From sequence record NC_054908.1: 64,000 nt of DNA; one strand, given 5' to 3'. Position numbers and translations under genes: made by a program. The DNA comes from Escherichia phage vB_EcoM_DalCa. Of the stretch, positions 20,435-30,271 are shown in pieces (within the stretch, counting starts at the first letter, position 1; every line of letters begins with the position of its first letter). The notes beneath the pieces were generated by a model. That model had not been told where the DNA came from, ran no database searches, and worked only from the letters and a program-made list of their open reading frames with translations.

Positions 20435-21529
20435 ATGGCAATTGTTAAAGAAATAACTGCTGATTTAATTAAAAAGTCCGGTGAGAAAATTTCAGCCGGA
20501 CAGAGTACTAAATCAGAAGTAGGAACTAAAACATACACAGCCCAGTTTCCAACTGGGCGTGCTAGTGGGAATGACACTACAGGGGACTTCCAGGTAACAG
20601 ATCTATATAAGAATGGATTATTATTTACTGCATACAATATGTCATCTAGGGATTCTGGAAGTCTCAGAACGATGAGATCTAACTACTCTTCTTCATCTTC
20701 TAGTATTTTACGTACAGCCAGAAACACTATTAGTAGTACAGTATCAAAACTATCAAATGGATTAATATCAGATAATAATTCAGGAACAATAAGTAAAGTT
20801 CCTGTTGCAAATATTCTTTTACCGAGATCTAAATCCGATGTTGATACATCATCACATAGATTTAACGATGTTCAAGATAGTCTTATTACAAAAGGTGGAG
20901 GTACTGCTACTGGCGTGTTAAGCAATATGGCTTCAACTGCAGTATTTGGAGCACTGGAAAGTATAACACAAGGTATAATGGCTGATAATAATGAACAGAT
21001 TTATACGACAGCCAGAAGTATGTATGGTGGTGCTGAGAATAGAACTAAAGTGTTCACTTGGGATTTGACTCCGCGTTCCACAGAAGATTTAATGGCTATT
21101 ATTAATATCTATCAATATTTTAACTATTTTTCTTATGGTGAAACGGGTAAATCTCAATATGCTGCTGAAATAAAAGGATATCTAGATGAGTGGTATCGCT
21201 CTACTTTTATTGAGCCATTAACTCCAGAAGATGCAGTTAAAAATAAGACGTTATTTGAGAAAATGACATCGAGTTTAACTAACGTTCTTGTAGTTTCAAA
21301 CCCGACAATTTGGATGGTTAAAAACTTTGGCGCAACTTCTAAATTTGACGGAAAAACAGAAGTGTTTGGACCGTGTCAAATTCAAAGTATTAGATTTGAT
21401 AAAACTCCGAATGGTAATTTTAACGGATTAGCTATTGCTCCTAACCTTCCAAGTTCTTTTACACTCGAGATTACTATGAGAGAGATTATCACGTTAAACC
21501 GTGCTTCTTTATATACGGGGACTTTCTAA
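20435..21529 (+). CDS. 48: Baseplate-tail tube junction protein gp48
   Basis: 364 aa; position. Confidence 0.85.
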   Translation: MAIVKEITADLIKKSGEKISAGQSTKSEVGTKTYTAQFPTGRASGNDTTGDFQVTDLYKNGLLFTAYNMSSRDSGSLRTMRSNYSSSSSSILRTARNTISSTVSKLSNGLISDNNSGTISKVPVANILLPRSKSDVDTSSHRFNDVQDSLITKGGGTATGVLSNMASTAVFGALESITQGIMADNNEQIYTTARSMYGGAENRTKVFTWDLTPRSTEDLMAIINIYQYFNYFSYGETGKSQYAAEIKGYLDEWYRSTFIEPLTPEDAVKNKTLFEKMTSSLTNVLVVSNPTIWMVKNFGATSKFDGKTEVFGPCQIQSIRFDKTPNGNFNGLAIAPNLPSSFTLEITMREIITLNRASLYTGTF

Positions 21530-22494
21530 TGTATTCTTTAGAGGAATTTAATAATCAAGCAATAAACGCAGATTTTCAACGTAATAATATGTTTAGCTGC
21601 GTTTTTGCGACAACTCCATCAACTAAAAGCTCTTCGTTGATAAGTTCAATTAGCAACTTTTCTTATAATAACTTGGGTCTAAATTCAGACTGGTTAGGAT
21701 TGTCTCAAGGTGATATTAATCAGGGAATTACCACGCTAATTACTGCTGGCACACAAAAACTGATAAGAAAATCAGGGGTTAGTAAATATCTTATTGGTGC
21801 CATGAGTCAACGTACAGTTCAAAGTTTATTGGGTTCATTTACAGTTGGTACATATTTAATTGACTTCTTTAATATGGCGTATAATTCATCTGGATTGATG
21901 ATATACTCTGTAAAAATGCCAGAGAATAGATTATCCTATGAAACTGACTGGAACTATAATTCTCCTAATATTCGTATAACTGGGAGAGAATTAGACCCTT
22001 TGGTTATTTCATTTAGAATGGATTCAGAAGCTTGTAACTATCGTGCAATGCAAGACTGGGTTAACGCTGTTCAAGACCCAGTAACTGGATTACGTGCTTT
22101 GCCACAAGATGTCGAGGCAGATATTCAGGTTAATCTTCATGCTCGTAATGGATTACCTCATACTGCGGTGATGTTCACCGGATGCATTCCAGTGTCAGTG
22201 AGCGCTCCTGAGTTATCATATGATGGAGATAACCAAATAACTACATTTGATGTTACTTTTGCATATAGAGTCATGCAGGCTGGAGCAGTTGATAGGCAAG
22301 CTGCGCTTGAATGGCTTGAATCTGCTGCTATAAATGGTATTCAAAGCGTTCTCGGAAATAGTGGAGGTGTTACTGGACTATCTAATTCGCTTTCACGACT
22401 CAGTAGATTAGGGGGAACTGCAGGAAGCATTTCAAACATTAATACTATGACAGGAATTGTCAATTCGCAGAGTAAAATATTAGGAGCAATATAA
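21529..22494 (+). CDS. 54: Baseplate-tail tube initiator gp54
   Basis: 321 aa; ATGA overlap with gp48; strong terminator follows. Confidence 0.85.
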   Translation: MYSLEEFNNQAINADFQRNNMFSCVFATTPSTKSSSLISSISNFSYNNLGLNSDWLGLSQGDINQGITTLITAGTQKLIRKSGVSKYLIGAMSQRTVQSLLGSFTVGTYLIDFFNMAYNSSGLMIYSVKMPENRLSYETDWNYNSPNIRITGRELDPLVISFRMDSEACNYRAMQDWVNAVQDPVTGLRALPQDVEADIQVNLHARNGLPHTAVMFTGCIPVSVSAPELSYDGDNQITTFDVTFAYRVMQAGAVDRQAALEWLESAAINGIQSVLGNSGGVTGLSNSLSRLSRLGGTAGSISNINTMTGIVNSQSKILGAI

Positions 22495-22498
22495 CAAT

Positions 22499-22528
22499 GG
22501 GGACCTTTCGGTCCCCATATTTTTATTT
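22499..22528 (+). terminator. Rho-independent terminator after gene 54
   Basis: GGGGACC-tttc-GGTCCCC followed by ATATTTTTATTT. Confidence 0.7.
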
Positions 22529-22813
22529 ACGGAATGAAATAAAAGCAGAAACTGAAGCAACTAAACTATCTTCAATATAAACTTCAATTTTTACCGGAGC
22601 TTCTGACTCAAATTTACCTGTTACTACACCCTGAAAAATACTTTCAGTCTGTTCTGGCTTTGAAAAATTTTCAGAAGGAAAAATTCCAAACTTTTTATCG
22701 GTTCCAAAAATTTTAATAAATTCATCATAAACTGCTTCATTGAAAGCGTTATCAGCGGGAATAACGCCCTCAACTACAAGTTCTTGACCTAAAAAGCGCA
22801 AAGAAGATTTCAT
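22523..22813 (-). CDS. Hypothetical protein downstream of the Alt pair
   Basis: 96 aa ORF with its own GTTTACA-17-TATAGT promoter-like element and SD. Confidence 0.55.
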   Translation of the reverse strand: MKSSLRFLGQELVVEGVIPADNAFNEAVYDEFIKIFGTDKKFGIFPSENFSKPEQTESIFQGVVTGKFESEAPVKIEVYIEDSLVASVSAFISFRK

Positions 22814-22844
22814 TTTGTGTTCCTCATGTTATGTAAGTAAGACT

Positions 22845-22873
22845 ACTATAACACAACATGATGGACTTGTAAA
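22845..22873 (-). promoter_or_regulatory. Early sigma-70-type promoter (GTTTACA-17-TATAGT) upstream of the 96 aa ORF
   Basis: Near-identical about 45 bp element also upstream of alc. Confidence 0.5.
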
Positions 22874-24931
22874 CTACATTTTGAACTTTTTAGACATTCC
22901 GTTAATGTTAACCAAAGAAGCTAAGATTTGAGAAACTTCATTTTCCTCTTCTTTTGATTCTTCTACAAGGAATTGATTAAATCCAGCCATTGGACGAACT
23001 TCACCAGTTTCCATTAGATGGTCTCCATCATATACTGATTCTTCTAATTGTTCAGAAGGAGGAACGATTGTACCTTCGATTAGATACTTGTTATAAGCAG
23101 TTTCTTTCATAAAGTACGTACTTACTTTATTAATCTTCAGTAAAATTCCACGTGGTAGAATAACTTCAGCTTCTGATGGAAATCCTGATAAATGACCCGG
23201 AACGATAACTTTGATTCGCTCAGCTCCTTTAATTACCATACCCACGCTAGTTTCAGCATCTTCATTAGCATATGTAGAATGACTACCCATATGCATCAAA
23301 TCTTCTGCATCAACAGAACCTTCTCCTTCGCCAGAAAATACTGCACCGGAATCATCTAGAGCCATATAGTTTTTACCATGCTCACCGAAGATATTTGGTT
23401 TAAGTGATGTCGATACGAAGTTCTTGAAATAGAACATTTTATTTTCAATATTGTGACGCAAAGTTTTAAAGGTAACTTCTTGTCCACGGTAAAGTGTAGT
23501 TCCTGGAGGAAGAACTGAACCTTTAGCGAATGCAGAATCCAGCGTCTCAATATGTTTAATAGCTCGTTCCATATATTCTTCACGGGTAGAATCTGGTTTA
23601 CCCAAAAGGAACGAGTTCATTTCAACATATGAATCTGCACAATAATCTTCAATTACGTCAGATTCAGCCTGAGTTAATCCTTTTGGAGTTACTTCAGTAC
23701 TTGCATATTCATATGCCTGAGCGGCAGATTCATTAATCAATTTATAAATGCCATTCATGACAAATTGAATAATAGCTGTCTTTTCATCTGGCGTAGCTTT
23801 AGAACCTTTAACTAAATCATTGACAATTTTCTTAATAACATCAAAACTATTAGAAATATTAATATCAGCAAGATCGCTTAAAATTTTATCAGTTTTATAA
23901 TCAAAGAATTCTTTATTCTTTAAATATTCTTGAGAACCTTGATATGTTATATCGCTCTGCAGCTTGATAGATGGATCGCGTAAACGTGCATGGGCCAATG
24001 CAATATGATTTCGGAAGTTTTCTAGTTCATAATCGTTAGATTTAAAACGAGAAGCACTTCTCATACCACCGATAGCTCCTTTGCTAAAGTTTGAACCAAT
24101 CTGAATAACGCCAGAGTTCATCGGACCTTCTGCTTTATATACCGGAACTTTAGATTCAAACTCTTGATATTTCTTGGCAGCAAAGCTATCACCCTGAAGT
24201 GAAGCATCAACAGTAGAATATTGAGCTTGTGCTGCTAATCGACGACTTATTTTAGTTTTCTGAATAACAGCTTGGTCCGTGCGCTTATCATTTTCTAAAG
24301 CAATAGAAGCAGCAACAGCGACAGCTTTAGGAACAGCATTTCCTGTTTTAACGTCTACATAAACATCACCGACCTTTGATTCAACTTTTGTGAATAACTC
24401 AGTTGAAATAGGAGGTACACCTGGAATGTCTTCTAAATTGGCATTTTTACGGTAAACCATAATATATGCATATTTCTTATCATAGTCCCAGATTTCCTTT
24501 AAAAGAACATATCGACCTGCTCCTTTAGTACGTACTAAACGGTCAGCAATAACTTGCATTTGACGAGCTGCGCCATTTGTTTTACTTTTTAGTACGCGGA
24601 ATAGGCATGCGTCGATTTTATACTGTTTCATTGTTTGAAGAGCAGTATCAAAAACGGCATTAATGACACCAATTGGATTTCCACCCAAGTTTCTAAGTTT
24701 AACCAGTGATAGTTTCTCATTAACACCTATCATTACGATATGCATCATTTTATCGCCTGGCTTAACGTTTTTATTCGTATCACCACCAGAGGTGTATGTA
24801 CAAAATCTAAATCCAGGAAGCACGCTTTCTTCGCCGGCTTGAATAGCAAAAATTTGTGGTATTTTATGCTTAGGATTTAAGTTAACAACCGGCGCCGAAG
24901 CGCCGTCAAATAATTCTGTAATAAGTTCCAT
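22874..24931 (-). CDS. Alt-like mono-ADP-ribosyltransferase paralogue (685 aa)
   Basis: N-terminus MELITELFD... near-identical to the neighbouring Alt; R-S-E motifs (TLYRGQ, FVSTSL, EAEVILPRG). Confidence 0.8.
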   Translation of the reverse strand: MELITELFDGASAPVVNLNPKHKIPQIFAIQAGEESVLPGFRFCTYTSGGDTNKNVKPGDKMMHIVMIGVNEKLSLVKLRNLGGNPIGVINAVFDTALQTMKQYKIDACLFRVLKSKTNGAARQMQVIADRLVRTKGAGRYVLLKEIWDYDKKYAYIMVYRKNANLEDIPGVPPISTELFTKVESKVGDVYVDVKTGNAVPKAVAVAASIALENDKRTDQAVIQKTKISRRLAAQAQYSTVDASLQGDSFAAKKYQEFESKVPVYKAEGPMNSGVIQIGSNFSKGAIGGMRSASRFKSNDYELENFRNHIALAHARLRDPSIKLQSDITYQGSQEYLKNKEFFDYKTDKILSDLADINISNSFDVIKKIVNDLVKGSKATPDEKTAIIQFVMNGIYKLINESAAQAYEYASTEVTPKGLTQAESDVIEDYCADSYVEMNSFLLGKPDSTREEYMERAIKHIETLDSAFAKGSVLPPGTTLYRGQEVTFKTLRHNIENKMFYFKNFVSTSLKPNIFGEHGKNYMALDDSGAVFSGEGEGSVDAEDLMHMGSHSTYANEDAETSVGMVIKGAERIKVIVPGHLSGFPSEAEVILPRGILLKINKVSTYFMKETAYNKYLIEGTIVPPSEQLEESVYDGDHLMETGEVRPMAGFNQFLVEESKEEENEVSQILASLVNINGMSKKFKM

Positions 24932-24934
24932 GAT

Positions 24935-26992
24935 TTATCCTTGAACGAACTTGTAAGGCATGTTTGCAATATCTATACAAGACGCAATAATTCCAAGAGA
25001 TGATTCTACTTTCTGTTTAACATTTGATGAAACAAATGATGCAAAGTCAACTCTGTCTTCTACTTCAATATCACCTGTCATTGCAACCAATTCACCAGTT
25101 TCCATTAAATGGTCTCCGTCATAGATTACCGATTCGGTGAGCTCTTCCGTGGTCATAACTTCAGCTTGAATAAGCTTGTTGTTAGTTTTAACTGTTCCAT
25201 CATTGTAAGATGCATCAGTTATTTTATTAACTTTGACCATTAATCCACGTGGCAAAATAACTTCCATTTCATTTGAAGGCGCTAAACTTCCACCGGGTAA
25301 AACAACATTGACTTTATCAGCCCCAGTAATAACCCATCCAATTCCGACTAAATTATCGCTAGAATTAACAAGCCCTTCATCATTTTTATCGATAGAAATG
25401 TTTAGACGCTTTTCATCTGGTAAAACACCAACAGCTGAATCAGTCATCCAAGTACCAAAAATGTTTGGATATAATGATGTTGATACAAAATTTCTAAAAT
25501 AAAAAACTCGATTTTTTACCAATGCTTCATATATTGAAGGTAACATTCGCTGTGAACGATATAAAGTAATACCTTTTGGCAATCGATCACCATTTTTAAA
25601 GGCTGAATCTAAATTATCAATAGCTTTTTCTATGTCAGATGCTGTCAAAATACTTGTACGCTCATCTGGATTATATAATCCCAAAAGAGCATTATTTATG
25701 TCTACATATCCTGAACCTACGTATTCACGAATTCCGCGTTTTTGTGCTGGTGTGTATTTAGATGAATCTTTATTTTCGACTATAGGATGTAATGACCATC
25801 CAGCTGTAAGAGCATATCCACGTAATTCTCTTCGAATAATCTTTGTTTTTATTGCATTCCAAGAATTTTGTACTAACTCATTTGCAGCATCTTGGTTTAA
25901 ATGCGAATGTTTGTTAATATTTCTTTCAAACCAAGCACCTTTATATTTTTCTAAAGTATCATCGACGATAGAAGCAATAGTTTCTAAAGTTTTTATTGAA
26001 GTAATAGATTCTTTTCGTAATTTTTCTAAAGCTTTATTTTTTATTTCTGCATTAATAATGGATTCTTTATCTTCAGGAATTATAGAAGCTTCTCTGAATG
26101 CCATCCCAGCTGTAACACTGCTAAGAGCATTCTCTAGTGCAAATCCTGAAGTAGAAATTACCGTTAATTCATTAGAATCAGAAATTAAAGGCGCGTCCGC
26201 TGGTTTATTTAATTCTGCCGCTGAAGCCTCAAATTTTTGAAACATCGGTGTTTCAAATCTAGAAGATTCCAATGACTGACTTTGTGCAATTGCTCTACGG
26301 GAAATTTTAACTTTAACGATTACAGCTTGGTCAGAACGTTTATCATTTTCTTGTGCAATAGATGCTGCAATTGCCTCATTTTTGGTTACTTGAGCTCCGG
26401 TATCTTTATTGATATAAACATCACCGACCTTCGATTCAACTTTAGTAAAGAGCTCGGTACTAATTTCCGGAACTCCTGGAATGTCTTCTAGTGATACATT
26501 TTTGCGATGTATAAGAATATATGCATACTTTTTATCATAATCCCAGAGTTCCTTAAGAAGGACGTATCTGCCACCTGAACGACTACGGATAAGTCTATCA
26601 GCAATAACTTGAATTTGTCGAGCTTGACCAGCGGTTTTAGACTTAAGAATACGAAGCATACAAGCATCAATTTTATACTGACGCATTGTTTGCATTGCAA
26701 CAGTAAAAACTGAATTGATATAATTAATTGGGCTTGGACCAAGACCTTTTAATTTAGCAATTGAACCTTTAGCAGTTAATGTAAAAGGAACAATATGCAT
26801 CATTTTATCGCCCATTTTTAAATCGCGATTAGTATCACCTCCAGATGTATAGGTACATAAACGAAAGCCTGGTTGTTCAATTGCATCATCAACATGAACT
26901 GAAAAAATTTGCGGTATTTTCTTCTTTGGATTTAAGTTTGTAATCGGAAGAGTAGTATCTTCGTCAAATAATTCTGTAATAAGTTCCATCAT
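24935..26992 (-). CDS. alt: Alt ADP-ribosyltransferase (685 aa)
   Basis: N-terminal packaging-type sequence MMELITELFDEDTT...; R-S-E motifs (TLYRSQ, FVSTSL, EMEVILPRG); adjacent to gene 30. Confidence 0.8.
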   Translation of the reverse strand: MMELITELFDEDTTLPITNLNPKKKIPQIFSVHVDDAIEQPGFRLCTYTSGGDTNRDLKMGDKMMHIVPFTLTAKGSIAKLKGLGPSPINYINSVFTVAMQTMRQYKIDACMLRILKSKTAGQARQIQVIADRLIRSRSGGRYVLLKELWDYDKKYAYILIHRKNVSLEDIPGVPEISTELFTKVESKVGDVYINKDTGAQVTKNEAIAASIAQENDKRSDQAVIVKVKISRRAIAQSQSLESSRFETPMFQKFEASAAELNKPADAPLISDSNELTVISTSGFALENALSSVTAGMAFREASIIPEDKESIINAEIKNKALEKLRKESITSIKTLETIASIVDDTLEKYKGAWFERNINKHSHLNQDAANELVQNSWNAIKTKIIRRELRGYALTAGWSLHPIVENKDSSKYTPAQKRGIREYVGSGYVDINNALLGLYNPDERTSILTASDIEKAIDNLDSAFKNGDRLPKGITLYRSQRMLPSIYEALVKNRVFYFRNFVSTSLYPNIFGTWMTDSAVGVLPDEKRLNISIDKNDEGLVNSSDNLVGIGWVITGADKVNVVLPGGSLAPSNEMEVILPRGLMVKVNKITDASYNDGTVKTNNKLIQAEVMTTEELTESVIYDGDHLMETGELVAMTGDIEVEDRVDFASFVSSNVKQKVESSLGIIASCIDIANMPYKFVQG

Positions 26993-27027
26993 AGCCTCTC
27001 TAGTGTTTATTCTATTTATAAAATTAA

Positions 27028-27045
27028 AGGCCCGAAGGCCTTTAG
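27028..27045. terminator. Hairpin between alt and the 62 aa ORF (AAAGGCC-cgaa-GGCCTTT)
   Basis: Perfect 7 bp stem with tetraloop; function not established. Confidence 0.4.
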
Positions 27046-27230
27046 TAATCTAGTGGTAAGAGAGTACGATATATTTCAAACTTTGGTCCTTTTTCATAGG
27101 CATCAAATGTTTCTGTAAATTTATTATAAGCGTATGCATCTACAAATTCGAGAATGACTTGTGATACAGAAGTAGAAACATCTCCACCTTCTTTTTGAGC
27201 AATGACAATTGTTTCTAAGTAAGCTTTCAT
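27042..27230 (-). CDS. Hypothetical small protein between gene 30 and alt
   Basis: 62 aa ORF overlapping the gene 30 stop by 4 nt; hairpin after it. Confidence 0.5.
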   Translation of the reverse strand: MKAYLETIVIAQKEGGDVSTSVSQVILEFVDAYAYNKFTETFDAYEKGPKFEIYRTLLPLDY

Positions 27231-28690
27231 AAACCAGTTACCTCATGAAAATCACCAAATACATCCTCGAATGTATTAGCTTTAGTTTTATCTTCACGTA
27301 AACGAATCGCAATCGGAAGAAATAATTTAACGTAATCAGTGCGGCCATCAGATTTTAACCAACCGTTGCATTCGCACTCTAGAATTTTTCCAATATAATA
27401 ATTTTGGTTTTCCATAATGCGAGTACGGTCAAGTTCATGTGATTTTACGCCGGCTTTGTCTTTTAAGCCTGAACCAGCATTTACCTTAATTTTTCCACAC
27501 TCTGACTCAAGAATAAATCCACCTGCTTTAGTAGGGTCTTTACGGTGAGGATAAATTCCTACAATTTTTAAATCAACATCAATTACTTCTTTAAATTTAT
27601 AGAGATTTTTTGAACGAGCATTTTCCCATAACCCATCAACGTTTTTGAGAATAATACCTTCAAGACCTTGATCAATATACTTTTTATAAATTACCTTAGC
27701 TTCATCTAGGTTATTTACTACCTGGTTTTCAATTAAAATTACTTTATCATAACCTGATGTCATTTGTTCTAGTTTAGAAAAACGTACATCATATTTCAAA
27801 CGAAATGCAGGAAGACCGTATATTTCTACCAACGGGACATAATCCCAGACCTGAAACTTCATGCATTGAGCTTCTTTTTCAGAAATGGTTCCCTTTAAAG
27901 ATTTATTGGCGATGCCATTAGATGCAGTACGTGATTCAGCTACTTCGGCGAATTCTTTAGCTTTACTAATTTCAGGATAAGCATCAAAAAGAAAATCTAG
28001 GCCTTCTGGCTCCTTTTCAACTTGCTCATGGTATACCAATTCGCCATCAATTAACACACCTTCTGGATGAATCTGGCGAGCTTCTGCAGTCATTTTGATT
28101 AACTCTTCCTTAAGAAGATCTAATCCTAGATATTCATTACCAGCTCGTGATAAAAGACGAACATCATCTAATTCATCACCTCTAACTTCAGCAAAACACC
28201 GAGCTCCATCAGCTTTTAACTGGGCAAAGGCTGGAAATTTGATATTCTTATTAATGCCTTTTTCATCATAAGAACTTGCAAGCATTTGAGGTTGTTCAGG
28301 AATTAAACCTGGCCAAACTTTGTTCGCAATAGATACTGAAGCACCACATTCAAGGTCTCGCATCATCACCCGACGCAAAACTTCAACATCATCTTTTTTA
28401 CCGTCAGTAATATATCCAGTTAATTCCTCAATTGCCGCATTTCCAGTCAATTTCCGAGTAGCTAACGTGAATTCAATGAAGTCAAGCATATCGGTAAGAG
28501 TCAACATTCCAAAACTCTGGGTAGCAATACCCGGTTTAGGCCATTTCTTGATATAATACTGTAACCCACGAGAATAAGTCAGACGATATACTCGTTTAAG
28601 CAATTCATTATCTTTATTCTTTTCAAGAATTGCTTGCTTCTGCTTAGTTGAACCAATAGATGCTATTTCGTTCAGAATTTTAAGAATCAT
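27227..28690 (-). CDS. 30: ATP-dependent DNA ligase gp30
   Basis: 487 aa, same length as T4 DNA ligase; KADG adenylation motif (QLKADGARCF). Confidence 0.9.
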   Translation of the reverse strand: MILKILNEIASIGSTKQKQAILEKNKDNELLKRVYRLTYSRGLQYYIKKWPKPGIATQSFGMLTLTDMLDFIEFTLATRKLTGNAAIEELTGYITDGKKDDVEVLRRVMMRDLECGASVSIANKVWPGLIPEQPQMLASSYDEKGINKNIKFPAFAQLKADGARCFAEVRGDELDDVRLLSRAGNEYLGLDLLKEELIKMTAEARQIHPEGVLIDGELVYHEQVEKEPEGLDFLFDAYPEISKAKEFAEVAESRTASNGIANKSLKGTISEKEAQCMKFQVWDYVPLVEIYGLPAFRLKYDVRFSKLEQMTSGYDKVILIENQVVNNLDEAKVIYKKYIDQGLEGIILKNVDGLWENARSKNLYKFKEVIDVDLKIVGIYPHRKDPTKAGGFILESECGKIKVNAGSGLKDKAGVKSHELDRTRIMENQNYYIGKILECECNGWLKSDGRTDYVKLFLPIAIRLREDKTKANTFEDVFGDFHEVTGL

Positions 28691-28956
28691 TGTTCATCCT
28701 TTAGAGTTTGGTTTACAGCTCTATTATAAATCAATTCATCATTAAGCTCAGTCAAAGACCTGTGGTACGTGGTTCTAACTTTATTTCCTTGCATCCAGTG
28801 CTTGACGTAAATGAAACCTTGCTCTACACATTTTTTAAAAATTCGTTCGTCTTTTTGAGCTCGGAATTCTGGATTGCATCTAAAAAATTGATTTACGTGA
28901 CCGTAATCACGTGTAGTATTACCTTCATTTTCATAAATAGTGTGAACAACAAACAT
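28687..28956 (-). CDS. Hypothetical protein (30.1 position)
   Basis: 89 aa ORF coupled to gene 30. Confidence 0.55.
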   Translation of the reverse strand: MFVVHTIYENEGNTTRDYGHVNQFFRCNPEFRAQKDERIFKKCVEQGFIYVKHWMQGNKVRTTYHRSLTELNDELIYNRAVNQTLKDEQ

Positions 28957-29810
28957 TAGAATGCTCCTTGGAAAATATTATCACCACTACCACTAGTAAG
29001 TCTATTAAAATACCCTGCGTCGCCAGGCTTAATATAACTCCACGTATGGAATGGATGCATCTGATGTGAGTGTGTATAATATGGATGATATGGATTATAA
29101 GGATTAAATCCAGGAGTTCTCCAAGTAGTGTTCCAACGAAAAGAATCGTTTTTAATCATCTTCTCAATTACATCTTTTATAACTTTTTCACTATCAAAAC
29201 TTTCTTTATTTTCCTTCGATGGAAAAAGCTTATTCTCTACATCATTCCATGTATAAACTCGCTGTGCAGTTTTTGGAATACTGTCACGTTCCCCTCGAGC
29301 CATCCAATAAACAGGAACATTTAATATTTCACTCGCGTGATCGCAGTGGTGAGCGAGATCGTCAATATAACAAATTACGTTATATTTTTCTTTTGCCTTT
29401 TTGAACAACTCTTCTTTTGAAGAATCATGACCACACATCAGTACTTCTGAGAAGGCACCAGGAAAAAGAGCATTCAAATTAAATTGACGATTCAGCAGAG
29501 CGTCAATAGAATCACCCAATGCTGTAACAGCTACAAAATTATAATCTTCTTTTAATTTGTTAATTACACACAGAGCATCTTTATATGGAGACAAGTAACG
29601 AATAAAATCTGAACGATTGTATTTTTCAATTAGCTTGACGCCAAGTTCTTCGTCACAATTAAAGAGTTTACCTGGAGAAATAAATTTCTCATCCTGGATC
29701 ATTTTTAAAATATGTTCTAACGGAAGATTATATTTCTGAGCAAAATAAGGAAGACCTGATTGCCAGCTTAAACATACTCCATCAATATCAGTTAAAATAG
29801 TAGGCTTCAT
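28956..29810 (-). CDS. HAD-superfamily hydrolase-like protein with His/Pro/Tyr-rich C-terminal tail (30.2 position)
   Basis: N-terminal LTDIDGV (HAD motif I DxDGx); 284 aa; C-terminus NPYNPYHPYYTHSHQMHPFH. Confidence 0.6.
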   Translation of the reverse strand: MKPTILTDIDGVCLSWQSGLPYFAQKYNLPLEHILKMIQDEKFISPGKLFNCDEELGVKLIEKYNRSDFIRYLSPYKDALCVINKLKEDYNFVAVTALGDSIDALLNRQFNLNALFPGAFSEVLMCGHDSSKEELFKKAKEKYNVICYIDDLAHHCDHASEILNVPVYWMARGERDSIPKTAQRVYTWNDVENKLFPSKENKESFDSEKVIKDVIEKMIKNDSFRWNTTWRTPGFNPYNPYHPYYTHSHQMHPFHTWSYIKPGDAGYFNRLTSGSGDNIFQGAF

Positions 29811-30271
29811 AGAGAGTCTCTTAATAGGTTTAACACATCAATAAATTCAGCTTCGGTTAGTATTGTATCATCTTTTGTTAGACCACTAGCCATGCTGTGC
29901 TTCAAAACTTTTCCTTTCGAGGCTTGTAATGCATCACGGAAGCCCTTGTTTTGGATCACTGCTTCAAAATATGCATTTGTGTATAATTCTTTCCACGCCG
30001 GGGAGTATCTTGAAAATGGAACTCCAAGCCAGAAGAGGGTCCCACGGTCCTGAGCTCTAGCATAAGACCTTCCAGCTTGTTGAGCGGCAAGCCCGGATAA
30101 CCCAAATATACGACGTTGTTGTTCAACGTTTTTTACCTTGCATCCTTGGAGGAATCCTTCAAGACCTCCAAATTGAATACCATCCATAACGAAAGGCCAT
30201 TGGGCGAAATTGCTTAATGCACATGATGGCCATCTAAAATTGCTTCTTATCTCTAGCTCAGACATTTTCAA
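29807..30271 (-). CDS. NADAR / YbiA-like (DUF1768) domain protein (30.3 position)
   Basis: 154 aa; SNFAQWPF..DG..F...E.FLQ pattern typical of the YbiA/NADAR family; call is from memory, not a search. Confidence 0.6.
   Translation of the reverse strand: MKMSELEIRSNFRWPSCALSNFAQWPFVMDGIQFGGLEGFLQGCKVKNVEQQRRIFGLSGLAAQQAGRSYARAQDRGTLFWLGVPFSRYSPAWKELYTNAYFEAVIQNKGFRDALQASKGKVLKHSMASGLTKDDTILTEAEFIDVLNLLRDSL

Noticed and set aside
28708-28959. 83 aa plus-strand ORF antisense to the 30.1-position gene, next to a plus-strand GTTTACA...TATAAAT-like motif at about 28710
   Set aside because: Antisense to co-oriented minus-strand genes; the promoter-like motif is on the non-transcribed side and probably coincidental.
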